A DNA stretch of 64,000 nt from Escherichia coli (GCF_003334385.1 NZ_QOWN01000006.1), one strand, 5' to 3'. Counted from the first letter of the stretch, positions 14,850-27,948 are shown. Notes: generated by a model from the letters alone, not told the origin. A program made the numbers and translations.

Positions 14850-15077
14850 ATGAAAACCGCAAAAGAGTACAGCGATACCGCAAAACGTGAGGTCAGCGTC
14901 GATGTCGATGCCCTGCTGGCGGCGATCAATGAAATTAGCGAAAGCGAAGTTCATCGCAGCCAGAACGATTCTGAACACGTTAGCGTCGATGGACGTGAAT
15001 ATCATACATGGCGTGAATTGGCGGATGCCTTCGAACTGGATATTCATGACTTCAGCGTCTCTGAAGTGAATCGTTGA
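14850..15077 (+). CDS. yodD: Small stress-induced protein YodD
   Basis: 75 aa from MKTAKEYSDTAKREV; tandem ATG codons, second chosen; start uncertain by one codon. Confidence 0.8.
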   Translation: MKTAKEYSDTAKREVSVDVDALLAAINEISESEVHRSQNDSEHVSVDGREYHTWRELADAFELDIHDFSVSEVNR

Positions 15078-15090
15078 ATGCACAATAAAA

Positions 15091-15177
15091 AAATCCCGAC
15101 CCTGAGGGGGTCGGGATGAAACTTGCTTAAGCAAGAAGCACTTAAAAAATTCGTTACACCAGGAAATCTGATGTGTT
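15091..15177 (-). ncRNA. dsrA: DsrA small regulatory RNA (Hfq-dependent regulator of rpoS and hns)
   Basis: Reverse complement reads AACACATCAGATTTCCTGGTGTAACGAATTTTTTAAGTGCTTCTTGCTTAAGCAAGTTTCATCCCGACCCCCTCAGGGTCGGGATTT, matching the recalled DsrA sequence including the terminal GC hairpin and U-tract. Confidence 0.9.
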
Positions 15178-15356
15178 CATCACCTTATCCGCAATTTTTT
15201 TCGCTGACAAGAAAATATTCGCGATATGAATGATTAACGCTACTTATGAATAGAAATGTGACGTGCGTCACCCCTTGGTGGCTCTGGCGTCAACGGGATC
15301 GCTCCCGAAAAAATCATCTTTGATTATTTGTGCTGTTTTGAGAATCATCCTGGTAA

Positions 15357-17881
<2,525 letters not shown>

Positions 17882-17966
17882 CCTGACGACTCCCAACCTG
17901 CTTTTTTATGATTCTGGCATAACCTGGCGATAGCGTACCGCAAAACAGCGATAATTTTATAATGGT

Positions 17967-18103
17967 GGCATGATAAGACGCGACAGACATCGATAGTTTT
18001 ATAACGTAGGCATGATAAGACGCGATAGCGTCGCATCAGGCAATTCAGTGCAGACACTGGCACACCCGACCGGATGCGACGTGAGCGCCACATCCGGTCG
18101 GGT
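17967..18103. repeat. Extragenic repeat cluster: two direct copies of a 17-mer plus a 13-bp-stem palindrome (REP/BIME-like)
   Basis: ggcatgataagacgcga at 17967-17983 and 18009-18025; perfect inverted repeat acccgaccggatg / catccggtcgggt at 18064-18103. Confidence 0.45.
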
Positions 18104-18118
18104 GTTAATGATACCCTT

Positions 18119-18301
18119 TCAAACTTCTTCCGCAGGACGACTTCCCTCCCCCGGAACAAGCTCGGTTTCATGAAAAGCTTCCCGCTTGACCCCGTAACCG
18201 TCATACCAACGACACTCAACCATACCGCTGGAGTATCCGGTGACAATCATCCGCGGGCCGCCCTCTTTAACCGTAACTTCCTCACTAACCATAAAGCTCA
18301 T
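18119..18301 (-). CDS. yodC: Small protein YodC (DUF2158)
   Basis: 60 aa MSFMVSEEVTVKEGGPRMIVTGY. Confidence 0.85.
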   Translation of the reverse strand: MSFMVSEEVTVKEGGPRMIVTGYSSGMVECRWYDGYGVKREAFHETELVPGEGSRPAEEV

Positions 18302-18379
18302 ACTCGCCTCCTTTTTTCGAGTGAAACTTGTTCACCTTAGTTGAAGATGGCGAATTTTGCATAATAGCCTGTGCGAGTA

Positions 18380-19297
18380 TTAATGTGCCTGACCGCGTAT
18401 TTTCGCTACGGCTTTCACTCCCAGCACCACGATGCCGCCGATGATAAATCCAAGAATCAGATTTAAAACAGTCGGTAATATCATCGCCACCACTGCACTT
18501 TGCTGCCCGGCGAAATGTTCAATGGCGTGATGCAGCGGCGCAATACCATGTACCACAATCCCGCCGCCGACGAGGAACATCGCCAGCGTGCCGACAATCG
18601 ATAACGCTTTCATCAGCCAGGGCGCGATAATCAATAATCCTTTACCTAATGCCTGCATCAGCGCGCTGGATTTTTCCGCCAGCCAATACCCCAGGTCATC
18701 AATCTTAACGATAACCCCTACCAGACCGTAGACGCCCACGGTCACTACCAACGCGATGCCTGAAAGCACCAGCACCTGATTAAGCAACGGCGCTTCGGCC
18801 ACAATCCCCAGCGTGATGGCGACGATTTCGGCAGACAATATAAAATCGGTACGAATCGCCCCTTTTATTTTGTCCTTTTCAAACTTCAGCGGATCCTGCG
18901 CCGCCAGCTTCTCCAGACGCTGCTGGCTCTGCGCCGGATCTTCTTTATGTTTACGCGCCTCCAGCATATGCAGCACTTTCTCTACTCCTTCAAAGCAGAG
19001 AAACGCGCCACCAATCATCAACAGAGGCGTAATCGCCCACGGGATAAACGCACTGATGATCAGCGCCAGCGGCACCAGAATCACTTTATTAATCAGCGAT
19101 CCTTTCGCCACGCCCCAGACCACGGGAAGTTCCCGGTTGGCCCGCACGCCTGAAACTTGTTGCGCATTGAGCGATAAGTCATCCCCTAATACACCGGCGG
19201 TTTTCTTCGCCGCCAGTTTGCCCATCACGGAGATATCGTCCAGCAGTGTGGCGATATCATCGAGCAACGTCAGTAAACTACTCCCGGCCAAAAGCAT
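18380..19297 (-). CDS. yedI: DUF808 inner membrane protein YedI
   Basis: 305 aa polytopic membrane protein. Confidence 0.9.
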   Translation of the reverse strand: MLLAGSSLLTLLDDIATLLDDISVMGKLAAKKTAGVLGDDLSLNAQQVSGVRANRELPVVWGVAKGSLINKVILVPLALIISAFIPWAITPLLMIGGAFLCFEGVEKVLHMLEARKHKEDPAQSQQRLEKLAAQDPLKFEKDKIKGAIRTDFILSAEIVAITLGIVAEAPLLNQVLVLSGIALVVTVGVYGLVGVIVKIDDLGYWLAEKSSALMQALGKGLLIIAPWLMKALSIVGTLAMFLVGGGIVVHGIAPLHHAIEHFAGQQSAVVAMILPTVLNLILGFIIGGIVVLGVKAVAKIRGQAH

Positions 19298-19469
19298 TCC
19301 CTCTCATTTTTATTGTTGAAGGGTGTAAGTATGAAGCAAAAACGGCAGCTCTGATACTTGCTTCACAGGTCAACATTTTTTTAACAATCAAGTGCAATTA
19401 TATCTCTCGCCAGCAGAATGATTTTCACGTTTACTATGAACCACCTTTTTATTTCCACCGTGAGGGATT

Positions 19470-20390
19470 ATGCGTTTCCGCCAGTTGTTACCGCTTTTTG
19501 GCGCGCTGTTTGCGTTGTATATCATTTGGGGCTCAACCTATTTTGTCATTCGGATTGGCGTGGAAAGCTGGCCTCCGTTAATGATGGCAGGCGTTCGATT
19601 CCTGGCAGCCGGTATTTTATTGATGGCATTTTTGCTACTGCGCGGACACAAACTCCCCCCGCTACGTCCGCTGCTCAATGCCGCGCTGATTGGCCTGTTA
19701 TTGCTGGCTGTCGGTAATGGCATGGTGACGGTTGCCGAACATCAAAATGTTCCTTCCGGCATCGCCGCCGTAGTGGTTGCAACCGTGCCCCTCTTTACCC
19801 TGTGCTTCAGCCGCCTGTTTGGCATTAAAACGCGCAAACTGGAATGGGTGGGTATTGCCATTGGGCTTGCCGGAATCATCATGCTCAATAGCGGTGGAAA
19901 TTTAAGCGGCAATCCGTGGGGCGCGATTCTGATTTTAATCGGCTCGATTAGCTGGGCGTTTGGCTCGGTTTATGGCTCGCGCATTACCTTACCTGTAGGG
20001 ATGATGGCGGGTGCGATTGAGATGCTGGCGGCAGGCGTGGTGTTAATGATCGCGTCGATGATTGCAGGTGAAAAACTGACGGCACTCCCTTCCCTTTCAG
20101 GCTTCCTTGCGGTCGGCTATCTGGCGCTGTTTGGTTCGATTATCGCCATTAACGCTTATATGTATTTAATCCGCAACGTCAGTCCGGCTCTCGCCACCAG
20201 CTACGCCTACGTTAACCCGGTGGTCGCGGTCTTGCTGGGTACGGGACTGGGCGGAGAAACGCTGTCGAAGATTGAATGGCTGGCGCTCGGCGTAATTGTC
20301 TTCGCGGTGGTACTGGTCACGTTGGGAAAATATCTCTTCCCGGCAAACCCCGTAGTTGCGCCAGTTATTCAGGACGCATCAAGCGAGTAA
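19470..20390 (+). CDS. yedA: EamA/DMT-family transporter YedA
   Basis: 306 aa, about ten predicted transmembrane segments. Confidence 0.9.
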   Translation: MRFRQLLPLFGALFALYIIWGSTYFVIRIGVESWPPLMMAGVRFLAAGILLMAFLLLRGHKLPPLRPLLNAALIGLLLLAVGNGMVTVAEHQNVPSGIAAVVVATVPLFTLCFSRLFGIKTRKLEWVGIAIGLAGIIMLNSGGNLSGNPWGAILILIGSISWAFGSVYGSRITLPVGMMAGAIEMLAAGVVLMIASMIAGEKLTALPSLSGFLAVGYLALFGSIIAINAYMYLIRNVSPALATSYAYVNPVVAVLLGTGLGGETLSKIEWLALGVIVFAVVLVTLGKYLFPANPVVAPVIQDASSE

Positions 20391-20849
20391 ATGAATCCCC
20401 TGCGTGTCGATCTGCGCGCTGGCACCTTCGCCGCAGATCCACTCTTCCAGACGCTCGCTAAGCGCTTCATCCGTCAGCTTCTCGCGCCCACGTAATGCAC
20501 ACTCCCAGACAATCAATACGCGCCAGCCGAGTTCCTGCAAACGACTGATATCGCGGCGATCGCGTTCAACATTTTTACCTATCTTCTCCAGCCAGAACTC
20601 GGTTCGAGTCGCAGGCACTTTAAACAGATAGCAGTGATGATGATGCCAGAAGCAGCCGTGGGTAAATATCACGCAGCGATATTCATCAACGACAAAATCC
20701 GGGCGTCCGGGCAGACTGGCGTCCTGAACGCGAAATGCCAGGCCCTGCCCGGTTAACAGACTGGCGAGGCGCTTCTCTATCGCCGTATCACGCGTGGCAA
20801 TCGCGCGCATATTTTTGCTGCGAGTGGCCTTATCGTGAACGTCGGCCAT
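20379..20849 (-). CDS. vsr: Very-short-patch repair endonuclease Vsr
   Basis: 156 aa from [17 protein letters not shown] (start codon at 20849); overlaps the dcm 3' end in another frame; ORF track 20379..21011 is an extension. Confidence 0.9.
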   Translation of the reverse strand: MADVHDKATRSKNMRAIATRDTAIEKRLASLLTGQGLAFRVQDASLPGRPDFVVDEYRCVIFTHGCFWHHHHCYLFKVPATRTEFWLEKIGKNVERDRRDISRLQELGWRVLIVWECALRGREKLTDEALSERLEEWICGEGASAQIDTQGIHLLA

Positions 20850-22248
20850 GTTGTGCCTCTTGCTGACGCAACGCCACCGCCTGTTTGATTTTTGGCTCAA
20901 GCAGTTTTGCCACCGCGGCAAAGACCGGCACGACCACCGAGTTACCGAACTGGCGATAGGCCTGAGTGTCCGAAACCGGAATGCGGAATTTCGCTTCTCC
21001 CGGCGCTTCAAAACCCATTAAGCGCGCGCATTCCCGAGGCGTTAACCGACGTGGACGATGTTGCTGATTCAGCGGATCGTCAAAGTCTTTCTCACCCGTG
21101 GCCATATCCCAGCCGCGATCGATTAAAATTTCCGCGCCATCTTTGTAATAACGCGCAGACAGCGTACGCGTGACGCTTTGCGGATTGTTAGGATAGACCA
21201 TTCCATAACCGAAGCCGTTACCGCGCGCCTGATGTTTTTTCGCATAACGATAGAGGTACTTCCACAGCACCGGCGTCAGGATATATTTCGCCTCGACCAT
21301 CGGGTCCAGCAGCTGTGCCAGCGTCACTCGCTGTGCAGGGAAACATTCGCTGATATCACGCAGAGTAAAATCGGCTTTCAGATTCAGATCGCGACGAAAA
21401 CCCACCAGCACGATGCGTTCACGGTGCTGCGGCAGAAAATGTTTACCATCGATGATTTTCGGATCGTCCGGCCCGTTATCTTCTGCATCAGCCACGTCAT
21501 AGCCCAGTTCGTCCAGCGTCTGCATGATGATGCGGAACGTTTTACCCTGGTCGTGGCTTTTCAGGTTTTTGACGTTTTCGAGCACAAACATCGCCGGACG
21601 ACGCGCGTCGATAATGCGCACCACATCAAAGAACAGCGTGCCCTGAGTATCGCAGGCAAAACCGTGCGCCCGCCCGAGCGAGTTCTTTTTCGATACGCCA
21701 GCCAGCGAAAATGGCTGACAAGGGAAACCGGCCAGTAAAACATCGTGTTCAGGAATGTGTTTACGAATATGTTCCGCCGCCGCCTCATCACTCACGCCTT
21801 CTTTATGGCTGAGGGTGATGTCGCGGATATCTTCATTAAAATGATGCGTCGCCGGGTCGCAATAATGATTGGCTTTATAAGTGCGTACCGCATGTTTGTT
21901 CCATTCGCTGGTAAACACGCATTGTCCGCCAATCGATTCAAAACCGCGACGGATGCCGCCAATTCCGGCAAATAGATCGATAAAGCGAAACGCATAATGC
22001 GGATGATGTGCCGGTGGTTTGGGTAACAACGTTTGCAGATGGGCGAACTCTTTCTCACTTAAACGGTGCCATGCCGAGTCATTCGCCAGCGCACGTTTTA
22101 AAATTGCCGCGCTCCAGTGATTCTCACCCACACCATTAAGCTGCGCCACCAGCGTTTTAACATCATAAATTTGCAGCAGTTTCTCCAGCATTGCCTGTGC
22201 GGCATTCCCGGTGCTGTATGAATCGGTTACTGATATATTTTCCTGCAT
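20830..22248 (-). CDS. dcm: DNA-cytosine C5 methyltransferase Dcm
   Basis: 472 aa from [12 protein letters not shown]5-MTase motifs FAGIGG and PCQPFS, ENV motif. Confidence 0.95.
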   Translation of the reverse strand: MQENISVTDSYSTGNAAQAMLEKLLQIYDVKTLVAQLNGVGENHWSAAILKRALANDSAWHRLSEKEFAHLQTLLPKPPAHHPHYAFRFIDLFAGIGGIRRGFESIGGQCVFTSEWNKHAVRTYKANHYCDPATHHFNEDIRDITLSHKEGVSDEAAAEHIRKHIPEHDVLLAGFPCQPFSLAGVSKKNSLGRAHGFACDTQGTLFFDVVRIIDARRPAMFVLENVKNLKSHDQGKTFRIIMQTLDELGYDVADAEDNGPDDPKIIDGKHFLPQHRERIVLVGFRRDLNLKADFTLRDISECFPAQRVTLAQLLDPMVEAKYILTPVLWKYLYRYAKKHQARGNGFGYGMVYPNNPQSVTRTLSARYYKDGAEILIDRGWDMATGEKDFDDPLNQQHRPRRLTPRECARLMGFEAPGEAKFRIPVSDTQAYRQFGNSVVVPVFAAVAKLLEPKIKQAVALRQQEAQHGRRSR

Positions 22249-22314
22249 AGATTTCACCGGCCATCTGAGATGGCCGACAGGTTAACATAATTACAGCCAT
22301 TTAGGGCCACGCGC

Positions 22315-23010
22315 TCAGCCAGCGGATGAAAACGCATCTATCACCTTGTGATCGACACCTTCATTCTCCCCCGCCAGTTCGGCACTGAGCTTCGCCATAA
22401 ACTCGACTAAAAAATGCGCGTTGTGCTGCGCCAGCTGCTTGCCTCTTGCGGTTTGCATGGTTTGCGGTAGCTTCAGCAACTTAGTCTGGAAATGATCCAG
22501 CGCGTAGCGTTTATCATCAAGCGGGCGATGCTGTGCGAGCGGATCTTCACCATCAAACAGCGCCACGCCCAATGCCCCTGAAACGGCAAACACGCGCGCC
22601 AGGCCAATCGCTCCCAGGGCTTCCAGCCGATCTGCATCCAGGACGATTTTAGCTTCCGTGGTTAAGGGGGCGATTTGCGCGCTGAAACTGTGAGCGGCAA
22701 TGGCATGACAAACGGCCTCAATTTTCTCCGCCGGAAATTGCACGAACTCTTCACGGAGCAGGCGACGCGTCTCTTCTGCTGCCAGGATTGAAGAACGCTG
22801 CCTTTGCGGATGATTTTTCGCCAGGCTCACAATATCGTGAAAATAACAGGCGGTTAAAATCACCAGCATATCGACGTCGTCATCTGCCGCCAGCTTCTGT
22901 GCCGTAGCCCAGACGCGGCGAAAATGACACACGTCATGGGCCGCGTCCTGGTGCTGATGATGGTTTTTCAACCAATTTTCGAACTGTGCCTGCCAGTGTT
23001 GTAAGTCCAT
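22315..23010 (-). CDS. yedJ: HD-domain phosphohydrolase YedJ
   Basis: 231 aa with HD motif (YFHDIV). Confidence 0.9.
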   Translation of the reverse strand: MDLQHWQAQFENWLKNHHQHQDAAHDVCHFRRVWATAQKLAADDDVDMLVILTACYFHDIVSLAKNHPQRQRSSILAAEETRRLLREEFVQFPAEKIEAVCHAIAAHSFSAQIAPLTTEAKIVLDADRLEALGAIGLARVFAVSGALGVALFDGEDPLAQHRPLDDKRYALDHFQTKLLKLPQTMQTARGKQLAQHNAHFLVEFMAKLSAELAGENEGVDHKVIDAFSSAG

Positions 23011-23049
23011 ACGCGCTCCGTTGCCAAAGAGTCGCCACCTTAGCAGTTT

Positions 23050-23415
23050 TTATTCATAGCGTCTGCTACGTGCGGGACGAGGTCGGGTGTACCAGGCAAT
23101 GCTGCCTAACAATGCCCCGACCAGAGCCATAAATAAAAATCCGACCAGTGCCCCTAACCACTTTCCCGCGGTAGAGCCTAAATCGCTTTCAAATCCCGAC
23201 ACGGGGGCATCGGGGATCCGGCTCATCACCCAGATGTAACGCGCCATTGCCCAGACGAAATAGCCACACCATGTATAGAAAGCCCACAAAGCCAGTTTGC
23301 CGCCAGGGCTGCGAGAGAGTCTCTCTTCCATCTTTGTCGAACCGTATTCCATTTTGAGATAACCCGGAAAATTCAGACTTAGTACTATTATGTGATAAAA
23401 GTCACATTTTTCCAC
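23050..23415 (-). CDS. yedR: Inner membrane protein YedR
   Basis: Two transmembrane segments; start ambiguous (TTG 23433, GTG 23415, or internal ATGs); no clear RBS. Confidence 0.5.
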   Translation of the reverse strand: MEKCDFYHIIVLSLNFPGYLKMEYGSTKMEERLSRSPGGKLALWAFYTWCGYFVWAMARYIWVMSRIPDAPVSGFESDLGSTAGKWLGALVGFLFMALVGALLGSIAWYTRPRPARSRRYE

Positions 23416-23578
23416 ATTGGATGAGCCAGTCAAGACTCACTCATTTTTTGAACAAATAGATAATTTTTGCGCAACGGCAGTGAATACAGGAAAAATCGTT
23501 TTGAGCGATTTTATTTATCTTTGATATCGGCTTTATTAATTCATTTAATCAATATATTAGCACTGATTACAATTATAC

Positions 23579-23669
23579 CTTTTTATTATTCTGTGTCATG
23601 ATGCTTACGTTATTAGCCTTTTATCGTCTTGTTTATATTTTTTGGGCCGGCATGATGCCGGCTTTTTTT
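23579..23669 (+). ncRNA. rseX: Candidate RseX-like small RNA in the yedR-porin intergenic region
   Basis: Intrinsic terminator (gccggca-tga-tgccggc then seven T) at 23646-23669 with no + strand CDS to terminate; I recall RseX mapping between yedR and yedS; 5' end is a guess. Confidence 0.4.
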
Positions 23670-23980
23670 ATACCTTCATTAATGTGCGCGTGATCACACC
23701 AAGTGTTTAGCGCAACAATCATTGATACTCCCTATCTTTCCGCTTAACTCATAACATATTGATATACATTTATAATTTTCATGAATATTTATATTTGGAA
23801 TTCATGATTCTGAATTATATTAAATAGATTAGAAACATTTTGAAATCTTTTAAATACATTTGTTGCATGTAATCCTTAAAATAAAATGAAGTTCATAGAA
23901 TAGTATCCAAATGTGCTTTTTTTTGGATAACGGCACTTATTGATATATTCATGAAGATTATAATCACAAGGGAATACATA

Positions 23981-25039
23981 ATGAAAAGAAAAGTTCTGGC
24001 AATGCTGGTCCCGGCGTTATTAGTTGCTGGCGCAGCAAATGCGGCTGAAATTTATAATAAAAATGGCAATAAACTGGATTTGTACGGCAAGATGGTTGGT
24101 GAGCGCATTCTGACCGACCGTGAAAATGGTGAAAAAGGCGATAATTCTCAAGATACCTCTTATGCCCGTGTAGGCGTGAAAGGTGAAACTCAGATCAACC
24201 CTGAATTGACTGGTTACGGTCAGTTTGAACTAGACCTGGAAGCATCAAACAGACACAACCCTGACCAAACTCGTTTGGCTTATGCTGGTTTGAGTTACAA
24301 AGATTTTGGTTCATTCGACTATGGTCGTAATGTCGGTGTCGCGTATGATGCAGAAGCATTTACTGATATGTTTGTTGAGTGGGGCGGTGATTCATGGGCT
24401 GGTACTGACCTGTTCATGACCAACCGTACCAACGGTGTTGCAACCTATCGTAACACAGATTTCTTTGGCATGGTTGAAGGTCTAAATTTTGCTCTGCAAT
24501 ATCAGGGTAAAAATGAAGGTACAGGCAACTACAAAGCAAATGGCGATGGCCATGGTTTATCTGTAACTTACACTATTGACGGTTTCTCATTTGCTGGTGC
24601 TTACGCAAACTCTGATCGTACTGATTTCCAGTCTAGTGATAGTAAAGGTGAAAAAGCAGAAGTTTGGGCACTGTCAACAAAATATGATGCCAACAACGTC
24701 TATGCTGCTGTGATGTACGGTGAATCTCACAACATGAATTCCGACGACGGTGATGTTGTGAACAAAACACAAAACTTCGAAGTTGTTCTGCAATATCAGT
24801 TCGACTTCGGTCTGCGTCCATCCATCGGTTACTCCTATTCTAAAGCACTGGACGTAGCAGGTTACAAAGATTCTGATCGTCTGAACTACATTGAAATCGG
24901 TACCTGGTATTACTTCAATAAGAACATGAACGTATATACCGCTTATCAGATCAACCTGCTTGATAAGAGTGATTATGTTCTCGCTCATGGACTGAACACC
25001 GACGACCAACTCGCATTTGGTATCGTCTACCAGTTCTAA
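23981..25039 (+). CDS. yedS: General-diffusion porin of the OmpC/OmpF family (yedS-type), apparently intact
   Basis: Signal peptide MKRKVLAMLVPALLVAGAANA, beta-barrel repeats, C-terminal YQF; ORF track start 23951 trimmed to ATG 23981 with RBS. Confidence 0.8.
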   Translation: MKRKVLAMLVPALLVAGAANAAEIYNKNGNKLDLYGKMVGERILTDRENGEKGDNSQDTSYARVGVKGETQINPELTGYGQFELDLEASNRHNPDQTRLAYAGLSYKDFGSFDYGRNVGVAYDAEAFTDMFVEWGGDSWAGTDLFMTNRTNGVATYRNTDFFGMVEGLNFALQYQGKNEGTGNYKANGDGHGLSVTYTIDGFSFAGAYANSDRTDFQSSDSKGEKAEVWALSTKYDANNVYAAVMYGESHNMNSDDGDVVNKTQNFEVVLQYQFDFGLRPSIGYSYSKALDVAGYKDSDRLNYIEIGTWYYFNKNMNVYTAYQINLLDKSDYVLAHGLNTDDQLAFGIVYQF

Positions 25040-25081
25040 TCAGCCAACGCGCCGCGGCGTGTTACTGTAAAACTTAACACT

Positions 25082-25118
25082 AGCCTGAGTTCGTCCCTCA
25101 TCGAACTCAGGCTTTTTT
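25082..25118 (+). terminator. Intrinsic terminator after the porin gene
   Basis: agcctgagttcg ... cgaactcaggc inverted repeat followed by a T-run. Confidence 0.55.
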
Positions 25119-25630
25119 ATTGGCATTTTATCTCCCTCTGCGGCACGCGCAATTGCCAAAGCATATCGATACAGCACCTTACCCTGCCCCTGCTGGCACA
25201 ATAACATCTACCAGCGACTCTTCCAGCCAAGACCCAAATGCATTTCTTTATGAATTAATCTGCAACAAAACCGCCTCCCATATAGAAATATTTGCAAAAA
25301 TAGTGCATGAAATACGCTTTTTCTCTACCAATCCGGGATATAAATATTCATCAGCACCACAATATTCCACAGCACTAAATCTCTCCCCGTCGCCCCGTAC
25401 CTCTGATAATGGTCTAAAATCATTGAGGCCACTTGCGACGACGTTGCTCAATAAGGAAAATTTGGCGTGAATAATATTCAACACCAGTGCAGCATCATCA
25501 TTACATACTTACACCCGCCGACGACCGCTTTCGATATATTGACTCAATTTTCCAGCCTGGTTAAAAATAGCGACCAGCTCAGTCGAAAATATAGTGACTA
25601 CCCTAACTAAGCAACAATAAGGAATACACT

Positions 25631-26482
25631 ATGACTGTTCAAACAAGTAAAAATCCGCAGGTCGATATTGCTGAAGATAATGCATTCTTCCCTTCAGAAT
25701 ATTCGCTTAGCCAATATACCAGTCCCGTCTCTGATCTTGATGGCGTGGACTATCCAAAACCGTATCGCGGTAAGCATAAAATTCTGGTGATCGCCGCGGA
25801 CGAACGTTATTTGCCAACCGATAACGGAAAACTGTTCTCGACCGGTAACCATCCGATTGAAACGTTGCTGCCGTTGTATCATCTCCATGCTGCAGGTTTC
25901 GAATTCGAAGTGGCGACCATTTCCGGTCTGATGACCAAGTTTGAATACTGGGCTATGCCGCACAAAGATGAAAAAGTAATGCCATTCTTTGAGCAGCATA
26001 AATCGTTGTTCCGCAATCCGAAGAAACTCGCGGATGTTGTCGCCAGCCTCAACGCTGACAGCGAATATGCAGCAATCTTTGTTCCTGGTGGTCATGGCGC
26101 ACTTATTGGTTTACCAGAAAGCCAGGACGTAGCTGCTGCTTTGCAGTGGGCAATCAAAAATGACCGTTTTGTTATCTCCCTTTGCCACGGCCCGGCGGCT
26201 TTTCTGGCGCTTCGCCACGGCGATAACCCACTGAATGGTTATTCCATTTGCGCATTCCCAGACGCCGCAGACAAACAAACGCCAGAGATAGGCTATATGC
26301 CGGGTCATCTCACCTGGTACTTCGGCGAAGAGCTGAAGAAAATGGGCATGAACATTATTAATGACGACATCACCGGGCGAGTACATAAGGACCGTAAAGT
26401 TCTCACCGGCGACAGTCCTTTCGCAGCGAATGCGTTGGGTAAACTGGCGGCGCAGGAAATGCTGGCAGCTTATGCGGGTTAA
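25631..26482 (+). CDS. hchA: Glyoxalase III / chaperone Hsp31
   Basis: 283 aa, DJ-1/PfpI fold with catalytic Cys in SLCHGPAA. Confidence 0.95.
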   Translation: MTVQTSKNPQVDIAEDNAFFPSEYSLSQYTSPVSDLDGVDYPKPYRGKHKILVIAADERYLPTDNGKLFSTGNHPIETLLPLYHLHAAGFEFEVATISGLMTKFEYWAMPHKDEKVMPFFEQHKSLFRNPKKLADVVASLNADSEYAAIFVPGGHGALIGLPESQDVAAALQWAIKNDRFVISLCHGPAAFLALRHGDNPLNGYSICAFPDAADKQTPEIGYMPGHLTWYFGEELKKMGMNIINDDITGRVHKDRKVLTGDSPFAANALGKLAAQEMLAAYAG

Positions 26483-26517
26483 TCCCTGTTACGTATGAAT
26501 GTAAGCGCATAATCAAT

Positions 26518-26557
26518 CGCAGCCACGTTAATACTCACGACGTGGCTGCGTTTTTTC
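26518..26557 (+). terminator. Intrinsic terminator after hchA
   Basis: gcagccacg ... cgtggctgc stem followed by gtttttt. Confidence 0.5.
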
Positions 26558-26589
26558 ATGGTTGATTTATGGCGTACTGAAGCCCTATG

Positions 26590-27948
26590 TTAATTTCTTT
26601 GCGGTAACATAATCCGGAACACATTATGCTTATTGAGATAGTGATACGTAGCACTTCCCCCATGTAATTCGGCAATCGCTTTGACTAAAGAAAGACCAAG
26701 TCCCTGACCTACGGAATGACGCGAATTATCTCCCCGCCAAAATCTACGGAAGAGTTTTTCAGGCTCATGAATTTTCGTTCCAGGACTGGCGACATCAATA
26801 TTAAGATAGCCGTTGGTATCAAGAAAACTGGTTATCTCAATACGCGATTTTTCTGGTGAATATCTAATGGCATTAACAATAAGATTCGATAACATTCGTT
26901 GCAGTAAAATTTTATCCGCAAAGATTTGCTGATTGCACTCGACCTTAAAGCAAATCTCTTTCTCGTCTGAAAGGTATTCAAGATAATCCAACAAATTTTC
27001 GACTTCCTTATTGAGAGAAAGCGAGTCCAGTTTCACCAAAACATTGTTTTTATCTGCCCGGGCAAGAAACAGTATGTTCTCTGTTAACCGCGAAATATTT
27101 TCCAGCTCTTCAATGTTACCGGCAATTGTTTTTTGATATTCAGCGATACTTCTGGTTTGACTGAGCGTAACCTGATTCTGACCCAGTAATGCATTAATGG
27201 GCGTTCTAAGTTCATGAGCGAGATCGTCAGCAAATTGACTTAGGCGTTCAAAATCTTTGACTAAAGCATGATGCATTTTATTCAACGCCTGCCCAAGAGG
27301 TTTTAGTTCTCTCGGTAATGCGCTAACCTCAACAGGCTCCCGGCTATCGTTATAATTCAGCGCTTCCGTTACACCACTCAACTTTTTGATCTCTCGTAAC
27401 CCCGTTCGGATTAACAGCGGACTTAATACTGAGCACAGTATAATGGCGACAATGCAAATTATAATGCTATTGATTTTATACTGTTCAAGCATGTTATGTC
27501 TGGCTGAAGCCAATTTAGCCACAGTAACCGTTAATGATGGCGAAACTTCATCAATATTAATTCGTAAAGCATCTATCTCTGTATCATTAATAATGCTTCT
27601 GTAAATGCCAGCTGCGCTGATTGTCTCACTAGCAGGTATGTTATTTAACATGCCATCACTGACATTTGTCCGGTTAACAATTTTATTGATGCTATCACCA
27701 TGAATGATCAAGATATCCTGACTAACATCCATCATCCGGTTAAAGTACACAGGTAACGTATCTGGATTTACCCCATCAATTAACAACTGCTTGATCTGTG
27801 CTGTCCGGTTAATGAGTGTTGTATCATCGCGCCATTTCAACTCACTTGCCAGGCCATTATAGAGAGTCCAGACAATTCCAGCACCAGCAACAGACAGTAG
27901 CAATATAAAAAGCAAGGTTAAACGGACGGTTATAGACAATCTTTTCAT
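26590..27948 (-). CDS. hprS: Sensor histidine kinase HprS (YedV)
   Basis: 452 aa; two transmembrane segments, HAMP, H-box HELRTP, HATPase domain. Confidence 0.9.
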   Translation of the reverse strand: MKRLSITVRLTLLFILLLSVAGAGIVWTLYNGLASELKWRDDTTLINRTAQIKQLLIDGVNPDTLPVYFNRMMDVSQDILIIHGDSINKIVNRTNVSDGMLNNIPASETISAAGIYRSIINDTEIDALRINIDEVSPSLTVTVAKLASARHNMLEQYKINSIIICIVAIILCSVLSPLLIRTGLREIKKLSGVTEALNYNDSREPVEVSALPRELKPLGQALNKMHHALVKDFERLSQFADDLAHELRTPINALLGQNQVTLSQTRSIAEYQKTIAGNIEELENISRLTENILFLARADKNNVLVKLDSLSLNKEVENLLDYLEYLSDEKEICFKVECNQQIFADKILLQRMLSNLIVNAIRYSPEKSRIEITSFLDTNGYLNIDVASPGTKIHEPEKLFRRFWRGDNSRHSVGQGLGLSLVKAIAELHGGSATYHYLNKHNVFRIMLPQRN

